A DNA stretch of 64,000 nucleotides from Phoronis australis (taxonomy: Eukaryota; Animalia; Phoronida), in the NCBI GenBank assembly GCA_002633005.1, contig NMRA01000328.1:439265-503264 (forward strand). Direction: 5' to 3'. The stretch's first letter is position 1, and every line of letters begins with the position of its first letter. The position numbers and the translations under genes were made by a program. The notes beneath the pieces were generated by a model, which was not told where the DNA came from, ran no database searches, and worked only from the letters and a program-made list of their open reading frames with translations. Shown in pieces: positions 24,401 to 37,000 of this stretch.

Positions 24401-26568
24401 ATAAGCACCAACAACAGCATGGAAGGCATCAATGAAACAACAATGGAACTTCCTGTTGGAGTACCAACGTCTACTGAAAGCACAACTATGTTACTCAGCT
24501 TGGGAACATCAAATTCCACACTACAAATCCTGTGCATCGGTAAGACCAGAATAACGCGTAACACATTTTGTACTAGTTAAATTCCATAAAAAATTATTAG
24601 TTTATAATAACTATGGGCTGATAATGTACCCACCCATGTGTATCCAGAACAATGCATATTTAAGTTTATGTAGGAGACTAGATAAGTGTCCAAATTTGGC
24701 TTAATTTGGATCACTGTACCTCAGAAGTGGCTGATCGATTCAAATGAAACTTTCAGAACTCTTGCTCCATGCATCGTTCTCTAAAACTTTACAAGAAATT
24801 ACATTCAAAATGTCCCTCTTCTGCACGAGTGACTATTAAAAATAGGACTTTTCATAAAAAACTTTATTTTTACATTAAACAAAATGATAGTTTGGGAAAC
24901 TGTAAAAGCGTTCTTGGGAACTTGTCTTGAACATTTAGATCAAATAAAATGGGATCATGTTATGTGACCTAATTAACGATATAATGGTAAAACGTTAAAA
25001 ATAAAATTCTTTGGCTTCTTACCTTCAGAAAACATACTTTCACTATGTAAATATCTTTAGTTTTGTACACATTTGGCACAGTGCCCACACTTATCACATA
25101 ATGTCCTACATAACCATAATCCTAGTATATTTACTTCAAAATTAATTTTCCAAATATACTGTAATTATACAGCATGACATCACACATTATGGTCTTTTTC
25201 CACTAAATATTATTCTTGTTTACTTACAGAAGGAATTGTGGGGATTATTGCTGGAATAGTTGCCATGGTGATCTTAATAGTAGTGGTGGCTCCTTTAATT
25301 TACAGAAGGTAAAGGTTTTGAGCGTGAAATGTGATTACAGTGTCCAACTTCTGAACAATCACACTATTACGCGAGTAGGCACATGCCCACCTGTTCAATT
25401 TCAACTGCCTATTTGCTCAGGTAAAAGCCTTTCCCATTTCTAGATTATTCTGGCATGGGAGCCATGATGCCCGGCAAAAGAGCATGGACACCCTTAAAAA
25501 TGAATTAGATTGAAATCTGGACTGTTAAAGCTCAATTTAGAAGTCTTGTTGCCTGGAGCTGAAACCAAACAGGAGTTTTTGGAGCTCCTAGTTACAAGCC
25601 CAAAGGCTTATTACATGAGCAAATACAATAATTTATTTATGTTTAGTTGCAAACAGATAAGTCACTCTGATGGTACGTGGGTGCGTGGGCCTAAACTTGC
25701 ACATATATGATACACATATGGGTGCGTGGGCCTAAACTTGCACATATATGGTACACATATGGGTGCGTGGGCCTAAACTTGCACATATATGGTACACATA
25801 TGGGTGCGTGGGCCTAAACTTGCACATATAAGGTACACATATAGGTGAGTGGGCCTAAACTTGCACATATATGGCACACATATGGGTGTGTGGGCCTAAA
25901 CTTGCACATATATGGTACACATAACGGAGGTTTACATGAGAAGGTAACGTTTGAAGAACAGTAGATTACACCGGCATATTAAAGGGCAAGTTTCGTAGAT
26001 GCAAGAATCTGGCGAGTAAAGCTAGTGTAGTCAAAGCTGCTTTGCTTGCAATGCCTGGCGATATCTCACAGTTAGTCTTGCGTGATCTTGCATTTTTGCA
26101 AGGTTATGCATATATGGATTGCGCTACAGGCATACAAGTTCAGATATGAACTTCTCAATTTAAACGAATTCTTATTTTATCTATTTAAGAACTGGTCAAT
26201 GTGCAGTGAAAGAATCCAAATTCACCAGGAGTTCCAGTGAAACTAATCCTGCAAATGACCAGTCTACATATTACCATGGAAACGGTGCACAACCTTTTTA
26301 CACCGTGACTACCAGCAAATCTGTTGACAGCAAAGTGTACGAGACAATACCATGTTCTGTGTTGACACATCAGGAAGAACTAGATTTGGACAAAACAAGC
26401 ACAGCAACAGCCTGTGAGCTGAACGATGCCAACAGAAAGTTTAATTTGAATGTCGAACCATTTCTGAGTGGGTGCCAAGCTAGCGGAGAGACTGTCATTC
26501 CGGAACAAGAATACCAGAAAGGGAGGAGGTGTAGTAACAATAAAGAAAACCAGGAGGCTCTGGTGTAG
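9329..26568 (+). CDS. Gene B (~762 aa): signal peptide, 3 SUEL-like lectin domains, CUB, glycosylated stalk, TM, tail; 10 coding exons
   Basis: Exons 9329-9425, 17787-18101, 18584-18702, 19950-20151, 20715-20957, 22787-22888, 23354-23704, 24138-24539, 25230-25308, 26190-26568 sum to 2289 nt in one open frame; all introns GT-AG. Confidence 0.85.
12854..13275. mobile_element. MITE with GTTTACAC-type inverted termini (Harbinger-like)
   Basis: agtgccgtttacac...gtctaaacgggact inverted ends; internal repeated tgacacgg/ccgtgtca motifs; CpG-rich relative to flanks. Confidence 0.6.
13678..14197. mobile_element. Harbinger-like MITE, family H, copy 1
   Basis: gggcc...ttcatact / agtatgaaatggcct inverted termini with TAA/TTA flanks; interior is homologous (reverse complement) to 27725-28234. 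Confidence 0.7.
16562..17617. mobile_element. Non-autonomous Tc2/pogo-like element, family 2
   Basis: TA|ccgtaaactcgcgggtt ... aactcgcgagtttacag|TA: 17-bp TIR with 2 mismatches. Confidence 0.8.
17787..18101 (+). CDS. Gene B exon 2: SUEL-like lectin domain 1
   Basis: tttcag|AG...CCAG|gtgagt; 8 Cys; IRIKRAIVGY...CNHEAEC...YIHVWYTC fits the SUEL/RBL frame. Confidence 0.88.
18584..18702 (+). CDS. Gene B exon 3: N-terminal part of SUEL-like domain 2
   Basis: cttctcctcgtag|TC...ATTGAG|gtgagt; VPIPRGETATACLSTRQPSLLSISCKDY...YNIE; supplies Cys1 and Cys2; phase 1-0; missed by the ORF track. Confidence 0.85.
18803..18928. repeat. 21-bp minisatellite (~6 copies)
   Basis: Tandem accagcacacacttacatttc. 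Confidence 0.9.
19950..20151 (+). CDS. Gene B exon 4: C-terminal part of SUEL-like domain 2
   Basis: tttacag|ATA...CCAT|gtaagt; ILQAFLGY...CHGKEEC...NYIHVQYDC. Confidence 0.88.
20715..20957 (+). CDS. Gene B exon 5: N-terminal part of SUEL-like domain 3
   Basis: cttgcag|AC...GCAG|gtacgt; IVIKQAWYGY...CVQEPGDC...LCAG. Confidence 0.87.
22787..22888 (+). CDS. Gene B exon 6: C-terminal part of SUEL-like domain 3
   Basis: ttcttttcag|GA...ACAG|gtacaa; GKVTCEISLDRETLSQCNNKPSTSLHIQYECVNT completes 8 Cys; missed by the ORF track. Confidence 0.87.
23354..23704 (+). CDS. Gene B exon 7: CUB domain with canonical Ca-binding-type residues
   Basis: SGFITSPHYPQPYPNNMDC...LDFNLE...CGYDW...LCG...KSDGSFQQKGF; tttcag|AG...TCAA|gtaagt. 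Confidence 0.93.
24138..24539 (+). CDS. Gene B exon 8: post-CUB Cys strand (IKARC) plus Thr/Ser/Asn-rich stalk
   Basis: ttttatcag|AT...ATCG|gtaaga; phase 1-1; many N-x-S/T sequons. Confidence 0.85.
25230..25308 (+). CDS. Gene B exon 9: transmembrane helix GIVGIIAGIVAMVILIVVVAPLIY
   Basis: ttacag|AA...AGAAG|gtaaag; phase 1-2. Confidence 0.9.
25678..25922. repeat. 41-bp minisatellite (~6 copies), intronic
   Basis: Tandem gggtgcgtgggcctaaacttgcacatatatggtacacatat. Confidence 0.92.
26190..26568 (+). CDS. Gene B exon 10: cytoplasmic tail (VYETIP)
   Basis: ttttatctatttaag|A ACT; phase 2 continues into ORF 26206-26568. Confidence 0.83.
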
Positions 26569-27724
26569 GGTCCATGAACTTGGATACCACTAGTATTAAG
26601 CAACATCTATGTTGAATCAACAACTGTGATAATTGTATGAATATGCACAAGTAAATTATTTCATATTTCTTATACATGAAGTGTTTCCTTGTATTTGTCT
26701 CAGTTCACAAACATTTTGTTGAACGGACTGCAACAAGACAGCGCTCGGATGTCTGGAAGACAGATAAGGGAGGCCAGTATTGAGCTGACGGAGTCACTAT
26801 ACATAGTTTAGCACTCCAGACCTGTCATGGGGTACTTGACAAAATATTCATCCACTTAACTGTTAGGCAGAACTCGGGCAATTCAAAACGGCATTCAGTA
26901 ATCTATACTTTCCATCAAAAAAAGTTTTGATTTATGTTAATTATATGTCATTATTAAATTGGTCTCAATCAGTTCCTAAGACAAAGGGCTTCAAAACAGG
27001 TGACAGTTTGTCATTGATTAAGACCAAGCTGAAAAAAATTTCAGGTTACACTATGCTCTGAAATTTTGTGAGCTTGGTTTGAAGAAATAACAGAATGTCA
27101 AGAGATCAAGGATCGAGACCAATTTTATAACTTGAAGAGGTCTAAATAAAATGTTTTTTAACAAAAACATGCATTTAATGTAGCAAATACATCAGGGGGA
27201 GGGGGGTGCAAAATACTTATTCAGCGTGCTAGTACTAGTAAAACCAAATTCCCGTACTGTGGTATTTATAGAACTATTAACGGTCTAACCCACATATATT
27301 TCACTTCTTTTTACCTTTCTTTGTCAGTCAACAACAAATCAGATCGTCTTCCATCATATGCTCACAGATTTTGACCCCACAGCGTAATATTAAAATGGAT
27401 AGTGGTCCAAATGCTGGCCAATGAGCAAGAAAGTGAATCCACATAGTTTTCACCACTTGGTAAAAATGCAAATGGTAGAGTGACAAGCACTTTGCAAAAT
27501 GTCTTACCAAATGAATAAGTTATATTGAAGAACTTGATTTCCATGGCGTTTTATTTGCTGTATCACTGTAGGTAAATTTCTTCACACAACGTGTGAGGGT
27601 TAATATTTGGTGTGCAGTTGGAGTGTGTATAACTTATACACTTTCAATGAATGGCTTTAAAATAGGGTTTAGTGGCGCTTTAGCTGAAAGTGAAAGCTTG
27701 GTTCAAACTGCAAGTGAGTCATAA

Positions 27725-28234
27725 GGTCCTTTCATAATAACTTAAATCTGGTATAAAGCGGAGCGTTGACGTAAACTGCAAAGTTAATTAAATCATTCAT
27801 ACCATCTTTGTTAGATAATGACATTGAAGTAAATGGTAGGTGATGCTGCCGTTATCGAAGTCATCGCAAGATAGTGCTGATGCATCCGTACACACCAAGA
27901 TTTTTTTAATTTGAGAACATTTGTGTGTGCTAAACTTGTTTCTAATTCAATTGGTGATTATTCAACTATCATCAACAACACTGATCTTTAATTATTGACC
28001 ATAGCAGTGGCCCCTGGCGATAACTTCGATGACTATTCATACCGCACCGCAGTGTCAACGCTCCGCTGTTAAATCCCCTCTTTATGTTGAAGTTAACTGG
28101 AGCTGTTAACTGATCCAGGACTGACGTTAATCGTTCATACTAGCCGTGTAATGGCTTGTGGATAGAGGAGTGAAGAAGACGTCTTTCGCACCTCACCAAA
28201 ACATCAGCGTGTGGATGTAATTATGAAAGGGCCT
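27725..28234. mobile_element. Harbinger-like MITE, family H, copy 2
   Basis: taa ggtcctttcataat ... attatgaaagggcc taa; homologous to 13678-14197. Confidence 0.72.
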
Positions 28235-30041
28235 AAAGGCTAATGCAAATTTTGACAAACTATACTTACCTTTGTGTGGTAAGTCGTTTGAACTTCAACT
28301 TACCTGAAACAAGAAACACAAATTTAATTGCACAGACAAATTATGAAGAATTATCCATTAAATAAATATATTGTTAATTCAACCAAAGATGATCACCATA
28401 AAATCTCACCAATTTATGCCTGACAAGAGAAATTTTGTTTTTCCATTTTTCACGTAAGATACAAAGCGATTCAAGTTCCATACAATACAAATGTTTTGAG
28501 AAACTGCTGGCATTCTTGTAAGTAACCTTTGAAGAAAATAAAAAATATCAACTTGGCAGTTACTTTGTATGAATTATCCAATTGAACCAGTCCAGTTGCA
28601 AAAACTCGGCCAGTGAGGGCGTTGGCGTAGGATTCTCTTCAGTTGACTCCATTCTATATGGACATGCCAAGGGTCAGTAATGTCCTGTTTTCATAACTGG
28701 CCAAAGGAGACCTTTTATCTTCAACTTTTCTGCCACTTTTTTATGTCAGATTATCTCACCATAAAATGAAACAAAGTAGACAACCAAGACGCACTTCATT
28801 GATATGGACCTAATAAAATAACCTTGTACCACTAAGGACAAAGCCTTTTTGAGTGCTGAAATGACAGGTAAACCACTGCACATGGTAATATTGACAAATA
28901 AGATACACACAGTGATTATCATCAAATTAGCATTTCATAATTTATGCATTCTTCTAAAAACATGCCGATCATTTATTACACATTTGTATTTCAATCATTA
29001 GTAAAACAATGGCAATTTGCAGTTTTTAAATGCCATTATTCAACAGCATTTGTTTGATTACTTTAAAACTACAAATTTTGAAATTATGTTCTTTGTTAGT
29101 TTATCTAATTTTTATTTCAAGAATAAACACATCAACTTCAAACACTACTTGATTCTATATATTCAAATGCACTCAACATTTTTCCTGAAAATAAAAATCA
29201 AAGTCTTTACACTGATGCCAAGGAAATGCTGATTTTATCCAATTAGTTTATTTACATAGCATATACATTGTTGAAAAAGGCACTACAGCACCCAGGATGT
29301 CTCTATGGTAACTGAGAAACCATGTGATTCATCCTATGTTATCTCAACACTAGCAGTCGTAGACTCCTTGACAGTTGACCCCAGTCAATGCCAAAGGAAG
29401 CGACAGTCTTTATCACATACTAACCAACACACACCCCATATAACTTCCACCATCAAGACACAGCTATTTCCTGGACCAACAACAGGCATCAACAAGTGTC
29501 ATGTTTAGAGGACAGAAACCATAGGAAGAAACTGTGACTCAAGGCTGAGACCAGCAGAAAACAAGTGTTGTTTCTTGGTGCTGCAGGCTTGGGACTTATT
29601 GTGTAAGTAACTCAGAATGAATAGTAGGACAACAAAGGTTCCTGGACACAAAGAATGAATATACTTTCATATTTGTATATTGACGTAAGCTAGTATAGGA
29701 TAATTCAATCCAAAAAAGCATTGATGTACAACTCTGTTTCAGTTTCAGTGTTTTCATTCCTGTTCTTTATCACAAGGTTTCCCAAGTTAGTTTCAAATTT
29801 TCTCACCTCAAGCTTTGTTTTCATGAGTAAATCAAATGTTCCAGAAGCATGTTTTCCCAAAAACACAATAAGAAAAGAGTATGGTACATACCACTTGTTC
29901 ATTCACACTGGTTTCTTTCAGGAGTGTACAGTATGTATTTCACTGTTGACTAGAAAATAAGACGGTATGTGTACTCCTAAATTCGAGCTGAGACTTTAAT
30001 GTTGAAAGAACACCTGCATAGATCATGTTTGTATACCTAAT

Positions 30042-30680
30042 GGCCCTTTCATCTTAACTTCACCCTGGCACGAGAGGAGAGAGAGGGATGTTAACAGCAA
30101 AGTTAACATAACTGTTCATATCATACACCTCTGGCTTTAGTAGTTAACGGACGGCGGAGTAAACAGTAGGCTTTAGTAGTTAACGGACGGCGGAGTAAAC
30201 AGTAGGTGACGCTTTTGCAATAGAAGTTGTTGCCTCATCTCCTTTATTGTCTTGTCTAGTTCCTATACCTAACCAGCTCACTAGACAGGTTGACAGACGG
30301 GGCAAGTCATTGCCAAGGTTGGTGCTGACACAAAGTGACCTTCACTTTAGATTTATACGTACAACGTGAGTATCCCGAGTGCGTTAACATTTTTTTTTTT
30401 TAATGAGGCAACTTGAGAACTTTTCCGAGGAATAAGTGATAAACAACTAATTTTTTTGTACGACTAGTCATTATTTGAGCAAAATAATAGGAAATAATAG
30501 CGACGACATTGCCCTGATTATGATTAGATAGCAGTGCCCCCTTCAGGTAACTTTGATAATACTGAAGTTAACTGTTCATACTGCAACAGTGTCGAAAATG
30601 TTAACTTCAATCCATGACCAAAGTAAGCATTCATACTGATTGCAACTCTGCAAAACATTAATGTTACTATGAAAGGCCCT
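30042..30680. mobile_element. Harbinger-like MITE, family H, copy 3 (with an internal ~33-bp duplication)
   Basis: ggccctttcat ... atgaaaggccc termini with taa flanks; shares gaagttaactgttcata motifs with the other copies. Confidence 0.68.
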
Positions 30681-30934
30681 TAAATTTATCGAAGATCTAC
30701 CTATAGTAGTAGGGTGGCCAGTGTTAAAAACCATATGCCTAAATACATCATTTTATGGATGTCTCTTAGTTTTATGACTCTAACATTTGAACATGACCTT
30801 CAAACTATTCCCAGTATGCTAAACTGGTTTTATTTATTTCTTTAATAATCTTATGGCATTATCTTGATACTAGTGATGCTGTCGTTCAGTGGAGGTCACT
30901 CATGCTAAAATGTATTATGTTGCATTTGTAGTGG

Positions 30935-31016
30935 ATGACAACTTCAGTGACCAGATATCTGTCAGACATGATAGTAACGGGGACAACACTCTGGATACTT
31001 GTGTCATGTTACCTGG
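30935..31016 (+). CDS. Gene C signal-peptide exon MTTSVTRYLSDMIVTGTTLWILVSCYL
   Basis: Acceptor tttgtag| just upstream; donor CTGG|gtaagg, phase 1. Confidence 0.68.
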
Positions 31017-34000
31017 GTAAGGTGATGAGCTCCATGTAACATGGTTTCATGGATAAACGCCATTTATATTTTTTCTTACTGGAAATGATGTCTTTTGTGT
31101 TCTTGTACTGCTTCAAAGTGATACCACCAAGGTTCATTCTACCTTACAATTAGCTATGATTTCCTTCAGGTAATTAAGCTGAATTAAATGCTACTTAAAG
31201 CTCAGACATGTGCTTTAACCCATTCGTAACAGTGCCAACAAAGATGTCCTTTCTGAATTAAATTGTTATACACTCCTGGCTCTAGGAAAACGGTCAACAG
31301 CAGTTGCACTTATAGTAGCTAGACATATGGTGACCGCTTTATCAATATGTCCCGTCATAACAAAGGTGGTTGTCAGCACAAGACTAGACATGAAACGCTG
31401 TGTTTTTCATGAGAACAAAGCATTGCCACCAAAAAATAAATTCAACCATCAGCCACTTTACATGGATGACAACCTTTATAGACACCTTTATTGAAGTCCC
31501 ATTCGTAAAAGGGGCCTCTCAGAGGCCTCTAACTTAACTGTCCACTATTTAACTCTTCAATGACAGTTTCCCTGTTTAATTTATTTACCACAGAATGACT
31601 CATGATGCCATGGTAAGCTCCCTCTCTCATCATACTTAAAGCAAGGAAGTTCTGCTTCCACTGATGAATGACATGATGGTGCGGTCGCCTTTTGGTGGCC
31701 AAAGTACTTTTGAATTTGCCTTCTAGCTTAGCAAGAAATGAAACTGCAAGCATGAAAAAAGTTTTCTTGTCTAGAAACAATATGCTATTAAAATCAATAG
31801 CATATTTACATACTATTAAAATGAATATCATATTTACAGTGGTAAAATGGTAAAATTTTAACATATTTTTCAGCAGAAACAATTGACAGCATCTTGGTTC
31901 CCACAACAGAAATGTCTCTGTTGACAACTGCCAATGTAGAGGGTACCTACTCAAGGCCATCAGAGGATACTGTATTCACCAGAGCGCCATCTACCAGTGT
32001 ACAGAATAGTTACAGCAAAGCTATCACTCCTGATGGTGAAGACTTTGGTAGTACGACTGCCAGACTGGATAACGCTGCACAAACTACCACACACACTACA
32101 CTACTACCTCATGGAGTAGGGTCCACGTCACAGACAGAGGATGTGCCAACTGAAAAAATGCCACTAGATAGTAACACAGCCTCTGGTGCAATCTCCATGA
32201 CAACAAGATCTCAAGCTACAGCCCAAAAAGTCCATACACTGAGTACAAAGCAAGACAGCATCAAGGCAGTGTCAATCACACATTCGGGACAATGGCACAG
32301 CGTTCAGACCACACCAGCAACCACATACAAGATGTCAAACCCTAGTCCTGATGGCATATCGACAAGAACATTTCCACATGGGATCTCAACAGCCTCACAC
32401 ATCTATGCTTCAACAGTAACCACTGGGAGCAGTAATAGTAGAGCAGTAACTATGTCACCCACCTCTGATGGCAAGGTGCAATCAATACCAAGTAAGTTCA
32501 TACAGTCATATAAAACTGAGTTAAAAAATTTCCCTGCTTCCCATTTCTACCAATTCTTGGTGATTGAAAAACACAAAAATAAATTCCAGTCTAAGTTTCA
32601 CAAAACTGCTCACATTAGTGTGTTTTCATTCGAAACTTGGTCCGTTTCAAAACACCTTGTACTTCTTCAATAGTGCAAGAACCACTTTGTCAAGAGGTAC
32701 CTTTATTCAGCTATGCTCTTTTTATATTGCTTGTACACTACACCAAACGAGTTGTCACAGCGCAAGTTGGTCCATGTCAGTGCTATTTACACGACAACAT
32801 TGAAAGTGGATCAGCGTAGAACTCAATCCCTGAAGGTCAGTCTGCGCACACCTGGGTTAACAATTTCAAATGCTCAAAACCATGCTTACTCAAGTGTGTT
32901 TTTAGCATCTTAATGGATGCAAAAACAGCAGAAGAAGTAATGATCACATTATGCAAATATGACGGTCGGAGGTCATATCAATGGTGTTTGGTGAGCGAAA
33001 TACATTCATGTTTCTTAATCAATCTCATATTGATGAACTACAACATTTGAACAGGTTTTTTGAAGACACAACTGCTATAATCAATGGCAAAACAAGGCTA
33101 AAAAACACCGAATGGCAATGTGCAGATATGATACCAAAATGATCATTTGCAAATAAGCTATGGAGGATGTTCAATTGATTTGATCCTTCTGCCTTGCCAC
33201 AGGTTTCGTTTAGATATATGCCTGACATGGAACCTATCACAGAAACAGATGAGAAAAATAAGTCATGCACCGTGGTGTCAACTTATTTTGTCTCAGTCCT
33301 GTACACATACATAATAATCATCTTATTTTGTCTCAGTCCTGTACACATACATAATAATCATCTTATTTTGTCTCAGTCCTGTACACATACATAATAATCA
33401 TCTTATTTTGTCTCAGTCCTGTACACATACATAATAATCATCTTCTTTTGACTCAGTCCTGTACACATACATAATAATCATCTTATTTTGTCTCAGTCCT
33501 GTACACATACATAATAATCATCTTCTTTTGTGTCAGTTGTTCTGTGTCAACAAGTACGGTGTAAAGTCGACATTAAGTTCCTTTTGCGTGATGCAGAGCA
33601 ATAACCGTGTTAGAGATGGCTTCACAACTAACACTGGCTAAGATAAATTGACACATTGCGGACTTGGTAATTTTTCAAACTGTTTGGCTCATGAAATTCA
33701 AATCTTCATAAAATTTATGTTAGGAACATTTTTACAAAAATTTGCCAAATTAGATGCATTAGGTTTTTGATTCTTTGATAGCTTTTGATGAAACCAATCC
33801 CATTTTTATTAAATAAAAGTGGGATTGGTTTCATCAACAGCTTGTTTTAGTAACTCTCACACTGCTTTCCCATTAATTAAACTACAGTAAAGAGCCGGCA
33901 TAATATACCTTAACATGATTATGATAAGCGAGCGCAGTAAATTAGCAGCGTTTCCACTAGACCGGATCATTAACAGCCACCACAGTAAATATCTACAGTT

Positions 34001-37000
34001 AAACGGATTAATACCATAGATGGTGTATGTGTTGACCATTGAAAACAATACTTGCGTCGAGTGCAATAATTGTCTCACAGTGAGAAAAATCTAACCAAAA
34101 CATGTGCTTTCATTGAAAATACAAGGCCATATCTCACAGAATCATGCTTAGAATCCCACCAAAACACTCAGGCATTACTGAACTTGAATCCGGGTCAAGG
34201 TGAAGCAAAAATGGAGTTGAATGAGAATAACAGTCATGCTGAATTGCCCACAGTTTAACCAAACGGAACTTTTGGCTCGAGAACAATTTTAAGTTCTGAC
34301 GTTCTAGAAGCTCGTGATACTTTTTAATGCGAGACACATAATACTAAGGCGATCCAATTGAATGGAGGACAATGACGCAATACTGAACAGGCCAACTCTC
34401 TTCAAACCAATGAGAAAATTTTACCGAACTGGTGGACACCATAGCCATATTTATTCTGGTGGATTAAGCATTCCCACAGGCTTATACTGCTGGATTAAAT
34501 TTTATAGCAGGCGTTTATCTCATGTTCAAAAGGAAAGTAATTTTTTTACTGTAGTAAATTTAGTCTAGTAAATTACAGGTCCCACTGAAGTTAACCCACT
34601 TGAAGTCAGTAAATAATGTGGAGTAAAAGTGCAATGGGAAAGCAGGTTTAGAACCATGGTAGATGATTGATCTGAGGTGCTGCATGACAAAAGACAACAG
34701 GGATGTTTCACAATAGACTAGATTGTTATCTAGATTGTTATCTAGATTGATATCTAGATTGATATCTAGATTGATATCTAGATTTAGCATCCATTTGAAA
34801 AGGTTGTGGTCTGGAGTTGAAACCAAACAAGAGGCTTTTGTAATGTGTTTGAACCAAAGTAAATGGACAATCTTTTTCCAACATTTGAACAAATTTGATC
34901 TTGCAAACATTTTAAGTCTTGTCAGCACGCCATCTGTTGGCCAAATCATGTGACCTAATTACTGTTTCAAGCCAATTGTTATGTCATACATCCCATGTGC
35001 AGCGTTTCGCCTTTTTCACACGAGATTTGGACAATTATATACATTCAGCAATTTACCTGTATGTGTTCATTTGGTATAGAAAATATGTAGACGCTGAGGT
35101 TGGAGTGTAGAGAAATATATCAAATAAACACAGAAAAATGTTTGCAACATATTCATACACAAATTTTATCTTATTACTCTCCGTTATTTTAGCATGGATT
35201 CAAGTTATGATTGCTGGCATTGGAGGTGGCCTGGTTTTACTGCTAATTGCAATACTTATATGTTGTATATACAGGTAAGTGCTATGAAGAATCGCAGGTA
35301 AAATTCACCAAATTAGGACTAATGGTACTGAGTGGAATTTCATTTTCTCATTTCTTCATAGAAATCTACACCTTCCATCAAATAAACACTTGATTGTCTA
35401 TTAATACCCTAGGCAAAATTCTGTAACTAACCAGTAAGTATTTCACAAGGCCAGCCGATTGTGCTGAAAGTCCGCATGGCCTTCCATGTTAGCCCATGGT
35501 GGAGTTGCTCCAAAATTCTGAATGCAACCACTTATTCTTCACATACACTTATCCTAACCCTGAGGTCATACGCCAATGAGTTGACCTAAATTCTAAAACC
35601 AAAGTCTTTGGCTTGCACTGGCTGACAGCCTGTGGTGCATATGCCAATAATGTAATTATCTCCAGCAGATTAGGCTTATTACAATGGAAACACAAGGTGG
35701 TGGTGGGGAGGGGGGTGATCAGTGTATCATTTGTAAATGTGACTTAGTATTGGCATGTGTGCCTGCATTCAAATATATTTTGACCTTTGTCTTAGGAAGT
35801 CTGTCTAATAGGTCATTTCAATACAAAAGTTTTACTTCATCACAACAGTCTGCTTAAGACTTGACCTTTGAGGTCACCTGATCCAAGTGCCAGACGTCCT
35901 ATACAAAACATATTAAGCGATTTATGTCCAGAATTAGCTATGAAGTCCCTGCACGTCGGACTGGTGTCACCAAAAAGATATTTTACAAAAATGTCATGTC
36001 TAATAATTACCTCCAGGACGAACACGCCATTAAGAAAATCATAAGGGACAACGTTAAAGTTTGTAAGCCTGATGATTACCTTGATGTTATTATTTATTAT
36101 CGGAATAGGAAGTCCTCCAACTTGGTCATGAAAAATAACATTTCTAAAGCGAAAGTCCGCCCCGTTGCACAGTGTAGTGTTGTTTATGAATTTGTATGCC
36201 CTATGAATGAATGTCTTCGTTCAAACGTCAAACAATGTTACATTGGTCAAACGGTTTGCAGTCTTTCCCGTCGGTTATCCATGCATCTTCAAAATGGCGC
36301 CATTCAAGATCATTTTCTGCAATACCACGCACGTAAAATCACCCGTCAAGAAATTGTGGAAAACACGTCAATTCGCTACGTGGAGCAAGATGTGCTGCGT
36401 TTGAAAGTATTAGAGTCCCTTTTAATTGCTTTTGAGAAGCCTATTTTGAATGAGCAGCAAACAGGGTCGCGCCGCANNNNNNNNNNNNNNNNNNNNNNNN
36501 NNNNNNNNNNNNNNNNNNNNNNNNNNNNNNNNNNNNNNNNNNNNNNNNNNNNNNNNNNNNNNNNNNNNNNNNNNNNNNNNNNNNNNNNNNNNNNNNNNNN
36601 NNNNNNNNNNNNNNNNNNNNNNNNNNNNNNNNNNNNNNNNNNNNNNNNNNNNNNNNNNNNNNNNNNNNNNNNNNNNNNNNNNNNNNNNNNNNNNNNNNNN
36701 NNNNNNNNNNNNNNNNNNNNNNNNNNNNNNNNNNNNNNNNNNNNNNNNNNNNNNNNNNNNNNNNNNNNNNNNNNNNNNNNNNNNNNNNNNNNNNNNNNNN
36801 NNNNNNNNNNNNNNNNNNNNNNNNNNNNNNNNNNNNNNNNNNNNNNNNNNNNNNNNNNNNNNNNNNNNNNNNNNNNNNNNNNNNNNNNNNNNNNNNNNNN
36901 NNNNNNNNNNNNNNNNNNNNNNNNNNNNNNNNNNNNNNNNNNNNNNNNNNNNNNNNNNNNNNNNNNNNNNNNNNNNNNNNNNNNNNNNNNNNNNNNNNNN

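Noticed and set aside
17787-26568. Assigning gene B to EVA-1, latrophilin or neuropilin/cubilin
   Set aside because: The architecture (3 SUEL + 1 CUB + single TM) matches none of these, so no gene symbol is given.
29500-29602. Hydrophobic stretch before a gtaagt donor as gene C's signal peptide
   Set aside because: All frames have upstream stops with no usable ATG; better read as a 5' UTR exon.
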